Assembly: GCA_950097015.1 (NCBI GenBank)
Contig: CATNEN010000003.1
Location: 6,076,001-6,140,000 of the forward strand
Length of the DNA stretch: 64,000 nt
Origin: Macrostomum hystrix
Lineage: Eukaryota; Animalia; Platyhelminthes
Direction of reading: 5' to 3'
Shown here: one piece after another, positions 25,101-35,958 of the stretch
Position numbering within the stretch: the stretch's first letter is position 1
Layout: every line of letters begins with the position of its first letter
Made by a program: the position numbers and the translations under genes
The notes under the pieces: generated by a model
What the model saw: the letters and a program-made list of their open reading frames with translations, nothing else
What the model was told of the DNA's origin: nothing
Databases searched by the model: none

Positions 25101-26487
25101 ATCCTTCTAGAGACACCCAAATCATCCATCTAGAGACACCCAAATAATCCTTCTAGAGACACCCAAATCATCCTTCTAGAGACACCCAAATAATCCTTCT
25201 AGAGACACCCAAATCATCCTTCTAGAGACACCCAAATAATCCTTCTAGAGACACCCAAATCATCCATCTAGAGACAACCAAATAATCCTTCTAGAGACAC
25301 CCAAATCATCCTTCTAGAGACACCCAAATCATCCTTCTAGAGACACCCAAATCATCCTTCTAGAGACACCCAAATAATCCTTCTAGAGACACCCAAATAA
25401 TCCATCTAGAGACACCCAAATCATCCTTCTAGAGACACCCAAATCATCCTTCTAGAGACACCCAAATCATCCTTCTAGAGACACCCAAATCATCCTTCTA
25501 GAGACACCCAAATAATCCATCTAGAGACACCCAAATCATCCTTCTAGAGACACCCAAATAATCCTTCTAGAGACACCCAAATCATCCTTCTAGAGACACC
25601 CAAATCATCCTTCTAGAGACACCCAAATCATCCTTCTAGAGACGCCCAAATAATCCATCTAGAGACACCCAAATCATCCTTCTAGAGACACCCAAATCAT
25701 CCTTCTAGAGACACCCAAATCATCCTTCTAGAGACACCCAAATCATCCTTCTAGAGACACCCAAATAATCCTTCTAGAGACACCCAAATAATCCATCTAG
25801 AGACACCCAAATAATCCATCTAGAGACACCCAAATAATCCTTCTAGAGACACCCAAATAATCCTTCTAGAGACACCCAAATCATCCTTCTAGAGACACCC
25901 AAATCATCCTTCTAGAGACACCCAAATAATCCTTCTAGAGGCACCCAAATAATCCTTCTAGAGACACCCAAATAATCCTTCTAGAGACACCCAAATAATC
26001 CATCTAGAGACACCCAAATAATCCTTCTAGAGGCACCCAAATCATCCTTCTAGAGACAACCAAATAGTCCTTCTAGAGACACCCAAATAATCCTTCTAGA
26101 GACACCCAAATAATCCATCTAGAGACACCCAAATAATCCTTCTAGAGACACCCAAATAATCCATCTAGAGGCACCCAAATAATCCATCTAGAGACACCCA
26201 AATAATCCTTCTAGAGACACCCAAATCATCCATCTAGAGACACCCAAATAATCCATCTAGAGACACCCAAATAATCCTTCTAGAGGCACCCAAATAATCC
26301 TTCTAGAGGCACCCAAATCATCCTTCTAGAGACAACCAAATCATCCTTCTAGAGACAACCAAATAGTCCTTCTAGAGACACCCAAATAATCCTTCTAGAG
26401 ACACCCAAATAATCCATCTAGAGACACCCAAATAATCCTTCTAGAGGCACCCAAATAATCCTTCTAGAGGCACCCAAATAATCCTTC
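19200..26487. repeat. 23-bp satellite (TCTAGAGACACCCAAAT[A/C]ATCC[A/T])n, about 7.3 kb
   Basis: Visible tandem array with two bi-allelic positions; ends about 40 bp before the acceptor at 26525. Confidence 0.99.
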
Positions 26488-26553
26488 CTAAATATCTCAA
26501 AGACACCCGATAATTTCCATTTCAGTCTCTTGCTTAGCTTTATCGATTGAAGC

Positions 26554-28702
26554 ATGTCAAATCAGCACGCCTTGAAGCTAGCCGGAGGTATCCTAAATGA
26601 TTGGGTAGCGCCGGATTCTCGCGGTCTTTTCCTCGTCACTGGCTCAGCTGGTCACGTGAATCCTTTTCTAGTCGAACTAGCCGCTCATTGGCTGCCTCCT
26701 TTACTTGTTGCAGCCAATCAGCGATCGGCAAACTCAGCCCCGGCTAGGCTGCACTGGGTGTCATTTTTTACCACGGAGGAGACTGTTCGCTTGTGGCTGC
26801 AAAAATTTGGCGCCAGACGCGACGCGTCTACTTACAGTAGCGTACAAGAGTTTTTAAAGGAGAATAATTCGCTCGATCGTCTATTGGAGCATCTGGTTGA
26901 TCAATATAAGGCGCTTACTAAGGAAAATGAAGGAGTCACTTGTAAACCTATATTAGTACTGGAGGATATCAGCCCTTTGGTTAGTTTTTTTGCCTATTTT
27001 TGGTTTTGTTTATTTATTATCCCTAATCCAACTATTCAAAATCTCTATGATTTGTTTGTCTTTAAATCTAAATCTAAAAATATTTGCAAACGAGCAAACT
27101 TAGTCTAATTATTCTTCTTAGTCTAGTCTTTTTATTTTCTTAATTAAATGTACGAGGCACCCAGCCTAATTTAGAATTAGTAATATGTTATTATTGCTAA
27201 TCCGCATATAATGATCCTTTGCTTAAATATAAATGATTATTATCTACTTATCTTTTTGACTAATATAGCTTCAAAAAAACCATTGCCGCTAATAAAATTC
27301 CGCTAATCCATCGCCGCTAATCCATAGCCTCTAATCCATCGCCGCTAATCCATAGCCTCTAATCCATCGCCGCTAATCCATAGCCTCTAATCCATCGCCG
27401 CTAATCCATAGCCTCTAATCCATCGCCGCTAATCCATAGCCTCTAATCCATCGCCGCTAATCCATAGCCTCTAATCCATCGCCTCTAGTCCATCGCCGCT
27501 AATCCGTTGCTGCTGATTCATCTCCACTAATCCATCGCCGCTAATCCATCGCCTCTAATCCATCGCCGCTAATCCATAGCCTCTAATCCATCGCCTCTAG
27601 TCCATCGCCGCTAATCCGTTGCGGCTGATCCATCTCCACTAATCCATCGCCGCTAATCCATCGCCTCTAGTCCATCGCCGCTAATCCGTTGCTGCTGATC
27701 CATCTCCACTAATCCATCGCCGCTAATCCATCGCCTCTAGTCCATCGCCGCTAATCCGTTGCTGCTGATTCATCTCCACTAATCCATCGCCGCTAATCCA
27801 TCGCCTCTAATCCATCGCCGCTAATCCATAGCCTCTAATCCATCGCCTCTAGTCCATCGCCGCTAATCCGTTGCTGCTGATTCATCTCCACTAATCCATC
27901 GCCGCTAATCCATCGCCTCTAATCCATCGCCGCTAATCCATAGCCTCTAATCCATCGCCTCTAGTCCATCGCCGCTAATCCGTTGCGGCTGATCCATCTC
28001 CACTAATCCATCGCCGCTAATCCATCGCCTCTAGTCCATCGCCGCTAATCCGTTGCTGCTGATCCATCTCCACTAATCCATCGCCGCTAATCCATCGCCT
28101 CTAGTCCATCGCCGCTAATCCATAGCCTCTAGTCCATCGCCGCTAATCCATAGCCTCTAATCCATCGCCTCTAGTCCATCGCCACTTAGTCCGTTGCTGC
28201 TAATCCATCTCCAATAATCCACCAAGATTTATTGATTTTATTTATTCAACAGTTTCTAATCCACCCTGATAATTCGCAGGTTTACCTGGGCCGCAGTACC
28301 GCAGAAGTATTTCACCTCATTTTGCGCTTCTGCCAGTTAGTTAACCTAGCCCAAGCTAGCAATCCTAACTGCGGTGTCCTTGTTGTCGGCTGTCACTGCC
28401 CCGACAACGATGCTATCCTAAATAGATTGTCGGCCTGTTTGAAGTCCTTATCAGCTATCACAATCACCGCCAAGCCATTGGAGAGTGGCTATTTACCTGA
28501 GGTTGATGGTAAGGTTACTTTGGACGCTCCGGTCATCTCAGCGGCGACTGCTGCTGCTGCTGCTGCTGCTACTAACGATCGTTCGGATCCTTCAACAGGT
28601 TCTTGTCCAGGCCGATGGCGCTCTGCTGCTTATCATTATTTGGTGACAGATCGGCAGGTCAGGTGCTTTCCGCTTGGCTTGTCTCGTTTTGCTGCAGGTT
28701 AA
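26554..28702 (+). CDS. ELP6: Elongator complex subunit 6; join(26554-26979, 28280-28702), about 282 aa
   Basis: RecA-like ELP6 pattern: ILVLEDISPL|VYLG, VLVVGCH, ITAKPLESGYLPEVDGKVTL, YHYLVTDRQVRCF. Phase-0 intron TTG|GTTAGT...TCGCAG|GTT keeps the frame. Confidence 0.85.
27300..28220. repeat. Intronic 14-bp minisatellite (CTAATCCATCGCCG)n with higher-order variant blocks
   Basis: Visible array in the ELP6 intron. Confidence 0.95.
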
Positions 28703-28814
28703 ATAGAAATCACTTGTTGCCTTATTTCTGGCTGTCAGTTAGTTCTGCCAATCACTTGGCTGCATTTTTATGCGTTCTGCTTTTCCCTTTGACTATTCCC
28801 CATCATCCACCTTC

Positions 28815-29315
28815 ACTCTAATCTCTCCCCTTATGATCTACCCTCACCCTAGTCTATCCCCTTATGATCTTCCCTCACCCTTCTCTCTCCCCTTATGATC
28901 TATCCTCACCCTACTCTCTCCCCTTATGATCTATCCCCACCCTACTCTCTCCCCTTATGATCTATCCTCACCCTACTCTCTCCCCTTATGATCTATCCCC
29001 ACCCTACTCTCTCCCCTTATGATCTATCCTCACCCTACTCTCTCCCCTTACGATCTATCCCCGCCCTACTCTCTCCCCTTATGATCTACCCTCACTCTAA
29101 TCTCTCCCCCTATGATCTACCCTCACCCTACTCTCTCCCCTTATGATCTGCCCTCACCCTACCCTCTTTCATTATTATCTACTCTCACCCTACTCTCTCC
29201 CCTTATGATCTGCCTTCACCCTACCCTCTTTCATTATGATCTACTCTCACCCTACTCTCTCCCCTTATGATCTATCCCCACCCTACTCTCTTTTCTTATG
29301 ATCTATCCTCACTCT
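28815..29315. repeat. About 31-bp minisatellite (CCCTACTCTCTCCCCTTATGATCTATCCTCA)n
   Basis: Visible array just downstream of the ELP6 stop. Confidence 0.9.
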
Positions 29316-29748
29316 AATGCATCATGCCCCCTACAATCTTACCGCTTGACCAGTTTTTTTTTCTTGGTAAGTTTTCTTTAAGCGTAATATGATTTATTAT
29401 ACTTTGCAAAGCTAAATATATGAAGGAAACTTTGTTCTTTGATTAATTAATATTGTTAATTTTCGTTTTTTAAACTAATTTTTACCCAAATTTAGGCCTT
29501 AACTCGTGTAAGATATTAGAAATGCTGAAAACACATAAAGTTACGATTAAAGCTATTATTTCGACTCCAAAGTAGTCTACTCGATGTAGCAGTACAAGTA
29601 AATTTAACATAAAATCTATGTTTCATATAAAAATCGCACAAGCAGATTGACGTATCGAGTGCAGTAAAAATTCGTTAGAAAATGCACATAATGTTTTACA
29701 ATCATCACGTCAGCCATAACGGACACAGTTTTCTATTCTTTTCGCTAT

Positions 29749-32536
29749 TCAATCGAAGTCGCTTGCTTGTCCAGTGTGTGTCGTCAGCAAAGACTCTGGC
29801 AGTGTTGCATCGCCATTGATCTTGTGGTCGTCAATGTTTCTGCTATCGACACCGTACTGTTCAGCTAGCTGTTGTTCAATCTGTTGCTGTCTTCTCAGTT
29901 TAGCTCGCCTAGCTGCATTGGCTAAGTCGATGAGAAATTCTAAGACCTCAATAACTCCGAGGAAGCTCACGCCTAACCATAGGCCGATGATGCCGCCAAG
30001 CTCACCTAGAGCCTCCCAGATACTATAAGCTGGCTCCTCCTTGTGTACATTGACCAATACTTCAACTGGGTGCAATTGTAGTTTAACAAAATTTCTATTC
30101 ATTAATTGCACATTGGCCGACCATTCGCCTTCGGAATCAAAGTCGAATAGATCATGAGCCAGCGGCTTGTAGGCTGCCATCGCCGATGAACTAGCGCTAA
30201 AATTTGTTTGTGATAGTCGCAGCGCCGGCAATATGTCGTCCTCGATGATCTCTTGAATGTCCGACTGTCTTGGCCAATTAGCTGAACTATGTACGGCCGT
30301 GTATTCGTTTCTCTGACAGGCGAATTGAGTCTTAGAAGCTCCGTCTGTACATGGCTGATAGCTGTTGTAGTGCGGATCACTGAACTTGTCCAGTACTAGA
30401 TCGTGACAGTTGATTCTATTTAGAAAGCGTTCAACTAGTCTGCGATTAGCAACACTCGGCTGAATTGTCTTTAAACTTAAATCAATTAGTCTAGCTGGAT
30501 CATTCGTGCCTGCTTTGACTGTCTGGCTGATGTCAATGCCTAGATCTAGAAACAAACTGGTGGCATTGTAACACCAACCAACTTTGTCGCCCCTATCAAT
30601 GGCGTCAAACAGCTGATGATATTTTTGCAACGGTACCCGGTGACTAGTGCAGCCGCACTCTTTAAAGACGTCACTCTGTTGAAACGAGTAGACACAGTCT
30701 GCTGGTTCGGCATTGAATTCTCGAAACACGGGCCAACCAGATTCGTCAACGCTGGTTAGAAGCGAAACCTTCGGCTCTGTATCCTCAAGACAAGGTGACG
30801 CAGCTTTGTTTAGCTTGCGCTCTTGGACCATTCCTAAGGGAAAAAGAAACACAATTTTATAAAAGAGCGTAGCAAACATAGTATAGAATTTTGCTGTCTA
30901 GTTTGCACAGCGGGCTCTTAAATTGGACACTGTGCTTTCTGCCGCGCTATTCAGCGACTGCGTCTTTGGTCAACTCGAAAATACACACGTTGGATTTCAA
31001 ATTAGACTGTGGACAGACATTTAGACACTAAGGCGTATGGTTATGCTGATGTATTTCACAGCAATCCATTAATCAATTTTACGGGCAACCGAGCACAACG
31101 AGTATGTAAAATTATGCAGTGTGTAGCTGTTAAAACGTGACCAACACCTTCTCTCCTCCACCGCAGCTAGCAGAAAGTCCTTCATTTGTTCGGAGAGCTT
31201 TCATGGTTCTTAGTTCCACCTCTAGGCAGGGCTTGGCGTCCCCCTTCCAAATCAAAGGCGTGGCAGATGTTGTACACAGAGGTCCCACTGGCGCACCTCT
31301 TTGTCAGGCTTGGAAAACGTGGTCTCTTTTCTCGCCTTATTTTCGCGTATGTTGGATTCTCCATCCACACTTTTTGGGCAGCGAACTTTACAAGCCTGTT
31401 TGAGTTGATTTAACCATAGACAAGTTTTAAGACGTCCAAATGTCTGCCCACTGTCTAGTTTTGCCATAGACGGAAATCGCTGCTTGGCGTCGTAGAAAGC
31501 TCACTGTCCAATTTAAATGCCCGCTGTCCGAACTAGACCCAAAGTTTTAGTTAAGGTATAGAATTGAAAAATCGTACTTGCCTATTTCAACCTCACTGAA
31601 CTGTCCGGCACCAATGATTGAACCAGCTGATCTCAATGCCGGAAATGCGTCCCGCTCGTGGATGACAATTTTCACCCCTGCCGGCTCGTACTCTGGCAGT
31701 AGTAGGCGGGCGAACCAATCATTGTTGTCCAGTTCGCGTTGCCGACCTTTCCGTCGAGTCCGACTAGTTATGGTGGCATTTTCGTCGTACAAATAATTTT
31801 TGTGAGCATTGCCAGTGTACAGTAGCAGCAGTAGGCCGTCCTCTGGTCGAGTAGTTTTAATATTTCTTTCGGATGGTTGAAATGTGTAGCAGTTCATGTA
31901 GTACGGACTCTGTAGCAGTGTGAAGTTCTGTCTACAATCTGTATTGTGATAGCTGCACTTCAGGACTAGCTCATCCAGGGCAAATCCTTTGTGATTAGTT
32001 GGTATTGAAGCGTACTGGTGCTGTATTAGTTTCTTGTGCAATTGTATTTCCTGCTTATAAGGAAGTGAATGTTGCATATTTAATGTCTGGTTATACAACG
32101 GGTACAATAGATAGTCAATAGCCGTGAACCCGTATTGTAGATTCGGAAATGCTACCGTTCCGCGCTCATAAAATCTCGAAGTTGTTGGCGTCTGTGAACA
32201 GATTGTAACGTCGGGAAATTCAAATTCGGCACCCTCGTGATCCAGCGTAATGATGGTTGGCGATTCCAAAAACTGCATTGTGTGAAAAGTCAGATGGATT
32301 ATCGTAGCAATTAGGCCTAGTACAAATACTGTTAACCAAAAGAATCGTCTCTTTGGCGTCTTGGACTGGTGCATGTGCGACAGGCCGTGAATTGTGGTGC
32401 GCTTACAAAAATTTGATACTTGACAATACATAGTCTGGCCGGCGACTCCAACTATCGTTTGCCTTCGTCTTCCGTTAGCAATGTGTTTCATGCTGATACC
32501 GTTGGTACTGCTGTTGTGATTGCTGTAGCTATCCAT
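29749..32536 (-). CDS. DEG/ENaC (amiloride-sensitive Na+ channel family) subunit 1; complement(join(29749-30833, 31582-32536)), about 679 aa
   Basis: TTIHGL (HG motif), TM1 RRFFWLTVFVLGL, FPDVTIC, SPYYMNCYTF, GVKIVIHE, Cys-rich thumb (ECGC...C), SANWP, TM2 LGELGGIIGLWLGVS. The frame is joined by a GC-AG intron. Confidence 0.93.
30908..31526. mobile_element. Internally deleted DNA transposon (probably pogo/Tc1-mariner-like) with about 33-bp imperfect TIRs, inside the ENaC1 intron
   Basis: Left end CAGCGGGCTCTTAAATTGGACACTGTGCTTTCT; right end (reverse complement) CAGCGGGCATTTAAATTGGACAGTGAGCTTTCT. Frameshifted minus-strand remnants RREKRPRFPSL / DKEVRQW resemble a CENP-B-type HTH. No intact TSD. 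Confidence 0.65.
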
Positions 32537-33249
32537 TCACTACGAGTATATATGTTGAGTCTTGGTTATTTTTAAGAAACTATATTCAGCTTATTTATTT
32601 CTTTAAATATTTAGACAGCTTTCAGTGTTTAGTGCAATCTCATTGGTTGACACAGCAGACTATTGTTCAATGTTTGTTTCTCGGCTGCAATATGCAAGTC
32701 TCAATCTAGCTTACTTTTTTAGATTATAAATCCAATTGGTGCTTCTGCTCATGTGTGTGCCTTATTTCTGTCTCTATCTGCACAGTTTAACTTATTTCAA
32801 GCATGTGCATGTGGGTATTATTCCCCAGCCCCTATACAACCTAGTCTTCTGAATTCACTCTCATCAGAACAATCTCTATGATTCATTTACTTTTCATATA
32901 ACAAGCTCACGGTGACACCAGAAAGTGTGCGGGTAAAATAAACGCTTAGAGTTACAAAAGCTTTCTTAACTAGAATAGAAATATAATCCAGTGTTATTTA
33001 CAACCCTGCCAGTTTAATATAAAATCTTCTCTGGTATGAAGTTTTCATTGTTCTATTTAGCATCTGTTGTGGGTCAGCGTGTGCAATTTATTTTTTGGAC
33101 TAGTTTCAGCAAGCTCACTTGCCAGTTTGTTTTAGTGCAATGTTGTGGGTCTACTCAAACTATTGCTTCTAGTTTTCTCGCAGTGTTTAAAGTATTTTTT
33201 GTCTCTTAACTACTTTGTTTTTACGCAACTATCTGGGTGTTATGCTGTG

Positions 33250-34126
33250 ATGGTACGGTTGAAATATCATTAATTTATTTTATTAGGGGCTTATCAAAAT
33301 ATAGTTATTATTACAGTGTCGCACTGCTACGATCACTTCGCTTCTTCAGGATCAGCAACAGAATAATCATCGTAGGCCTTTCTTTGGGCGCCACTGTCAT
33401 CCGTCCTTGCTTGATAAAGATGCTAATACAGCAGCAGCAGCAACAGCTTCAGCCTCAACAGAATCGTCTAGAGGCAATTTTCGCAACTATCAAAATCGAG
33501 GTGGCGGTCGGGGTAGTTATCAAAACTATCGCGGAGGTCGCGGCGGTGGCCGCGGAGGTCGTGGTGGCCGCGGAGGTCGCGGTGGTAGCGCCAGCTACAA
33601 CAATGGCAGTTATCAACGTGGTCCTTATAGGCCGCGTTTACCGCGTCTAAATCGTTTGCGCTGTTCAGTGTGCGATAGTCCGGCCCCAAAGTATCGCTGC
33701 CCTGGCTGCCAGTTAGCGCGCTACTGCTCGACCGCCTGTTGCGCTAAGCACCGAGCCGGATGCGACGCCAAGGAGGAGCGAGAAACTTTGAAATACATAG
33801 CCGAACGACGTCGAAAGCAGTTAGCTGAACAACGCCAGAAGCTTCCACCGCCTGCGCCGTGCACCGAGCTGCTAGATCTGGGCCTTGAGAGCGAAGATTT
33901 TTTGTCGCGCGATAAATTAGCTAAACTTCGACATTGTCCAGAATTGCTAGCCCTATTGGGCCACTCTGAGCTACGCGAGCTGCTAATTGAATTAAATGGC
34001 AGTCGTAGGCCGGAAGTTGATCTGGAGCGGGCGATGCAGTTGCCGCTATTTGTTGAATTCGCAAATGCCTGCTTGGGTGTGGTGGAACCGGCGGCCAATG
34101 ATCGTGCAAACAATGGCGCCAATTAA
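33250..34126 (+). CDS. ZNHIT3: Zinc finger HIT domain protein 3 (box C/D snoRNP assembly factor) with N-terminal RGG-rich extension. Main exon 33317-34126; start uncertain (ATG at 33250-33252 plus a 64-nt intron, or a trans-spliced AUG)
   Basis: zf-HIT CSVC...KYRCPGC...YCSTACCAKH; C-terminal EDFLSRDKLAKL...LRELL...AMQLPLFVEFANACL is typical of ZNHIT3/TRIP3. The frame is open back to the acceptor TTACAG at 33316 and has no ATG before the zinc finger. Confidence 0.88.
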
Positions 34127-34840
34127 ATATGAAGAACGAGACAGCTTTTTTTATCTTCCTATTGATATTTATCTTAATACTGTCTATTATCTCATCTGCT
34201 ACTCTGTTCCAAGGTAGAGGTATCTCCTCTCTTATCTTCTCTCACCCCTCACCTCTATCCTCTCTCCTTTTTCCGCTCTCTCTCTCTTCTCTCCTTTCTC
34301 CTATTTTTTCTGCTCTCTACTCTCCCTTTATCCAAACAATTTCCTCTAATCATGTTGCATGATTTTAGGCTTGTCCTAACGCTTTTTTCAGCTAAATCCA
34401 AAATAAAGGACTCTGCATTTCAGTTGGATTAGCCTCAAGCACTTTGTCATCTTTTAACCAGGCTTCAAAATTTAAACAAAGCAAGAAAACCAAATAAAAT
34501 CGGCGAAGCTTAAATTTGTATTTTTGTCAATGACGGAAATCTTTTTTTTGTTGAATTTATTTGTCGAAAAATTAAAAAATTGAATTTATTTTTTTACGTC
34601 GAAAGTCTCAGGCAAGTTTAGTGATAAGTGTCATTTTTGTGTGCTTACAGACAACAATCAAAGAGATATAGCTTTTTCTGGATACTAAATTGTGCCTTTC
34701 TTAAGCCAGCTTTGTTACAATGTTCTGCAGGCTAGTTAAAAAGGTGAAAAAGTAGATAATGTACTTTTAATTTACTCTGCTATAAAAAAGAAGTTTTTAA
34801 CACATCAGACATTGAAAATTACTCTTATGAAATAGTCGTT

Positions 34841-34950
34841 GGGAAGCATGTAGCCTAGTGGTAAGAGCTTTAGACCTCTGACTGTGAGGTTTAGTGGGTT
34901 TGAATCTCAGACTAAAATAAAACTATTTATCCCCCAATTGTCCCAGTCAA
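34841..34950 (+). mobile_element. tRNA-like SINE head (degenerate, probably family B)
   Basis: TGTAGCCTAGTGGTAAGAGC (A box) ... GGTTTGAATC (B-box-like); similar to the head at 61837. Confidence 0.6.
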
Positions 34951-34953
34951 ATA

Positions 34954-35063
34954 AGTCTATGGTCTAGTGTTGAAGCATTTATTTGTCCGGGACGAAGAAA
35001 CATTTATACGTCCCGGACGAGGAAACGATTTATTTGGAACCGTTTCGATCAGAGCCATAGACT
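34954..35063. mobile_element. About 110-bp MITE-like foldback element
   Basis: Outer inverted repeat AGTCTATGG / CCATAGACT; inner perfect 10-bp stem GTCCGGGACG / CGTCCCGGAC; third stem GAAACG / CGTTTC. Confidence 0.5.
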
Positions 35064-35649
35064 GTTGAGCTATAGTTCTTTTTTTCCACAAGACCGAGAC
35101 AAGTTGGGGAAAAAAATTAATAAAAATTATAAAAATAATAAAAATAAATCTCGGCTGCGCCTCGGCCGAGAAACAAGTTCTCAGTCGTTCTGACGGCCAC
35201 AGATAAATGAATATACGGGAGAGATTATATAATTATGTCCCTAATTAAGATACTCAATTCGCTAGTTCTTTAGCTCACCAAAAACTAAAATGGGTAACAG
35301 AATGATTTCTTGACAGCTCTATCAATCTATAAATGTTCGGGTTAGTTTACCAAGAATATAAGTGTTTATACTCGCTAAGTATAAATATAGCAAAGTGAAT
35401 CAAATGTTTTAGAGCGATAACAATACATTATAGCTGGATAGTTTTTGTGTTACCTACTTATACGTGACATATGGTGTGAATTATAACAATATAATAGGGT
35501 AGCTTATGATGGACTACAACGTAATATATTTAAGTGCTCAATAGTTATTAGATACGAGAAATGGACTTTTAACTTACGTAAGCCTTTCCCACTGGTCAGG
35601 CTTGAGTTTGACGTTTCTGGTATGTTCCGTTTCTATCTAGCAAGTCTTA

Positions 35650-35937
35650 GTCTGCATCTATCTACCATATCTACCCGTATAATCTGCATCTATCGACCAT
35701 ATCTACCAGTCTGATCTGCATCTATCGACCATATCTACCAGTCTTATCTGCATCTATCTTCCATATCCAGCAGTCTGATCTTTATCTATCTACCATATCT
35801 ACCCGTATAATCTACATCTATCTACCATATCTACCAGTCTGATCTGCATCTATCTACCAAATTTACCAGTCTGATCTGCATCTATCGACCATATCTACCA
35901 GTCTGATCTGCATCTATCGACCATATCTACCAGTCTA
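35650..35937. repeat. 32-bp minisatellite (TCTGCATCTATCGACCATATCTACCAGTCTGA)n
   Basis: Begins about 20 bp after the ENaC2 stop codon (3' UTR side). Confidence 0.9.
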
Positions 35938-35958
35938 ATACTTATAGTTTCTGAACTG

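Noticed and set aside
33237-33650. Alternative-frame ORF with poly-Q and VAAEV repeats
   Set aside because: Shadow frame of the RGG-coding ZNHIT3 exon.
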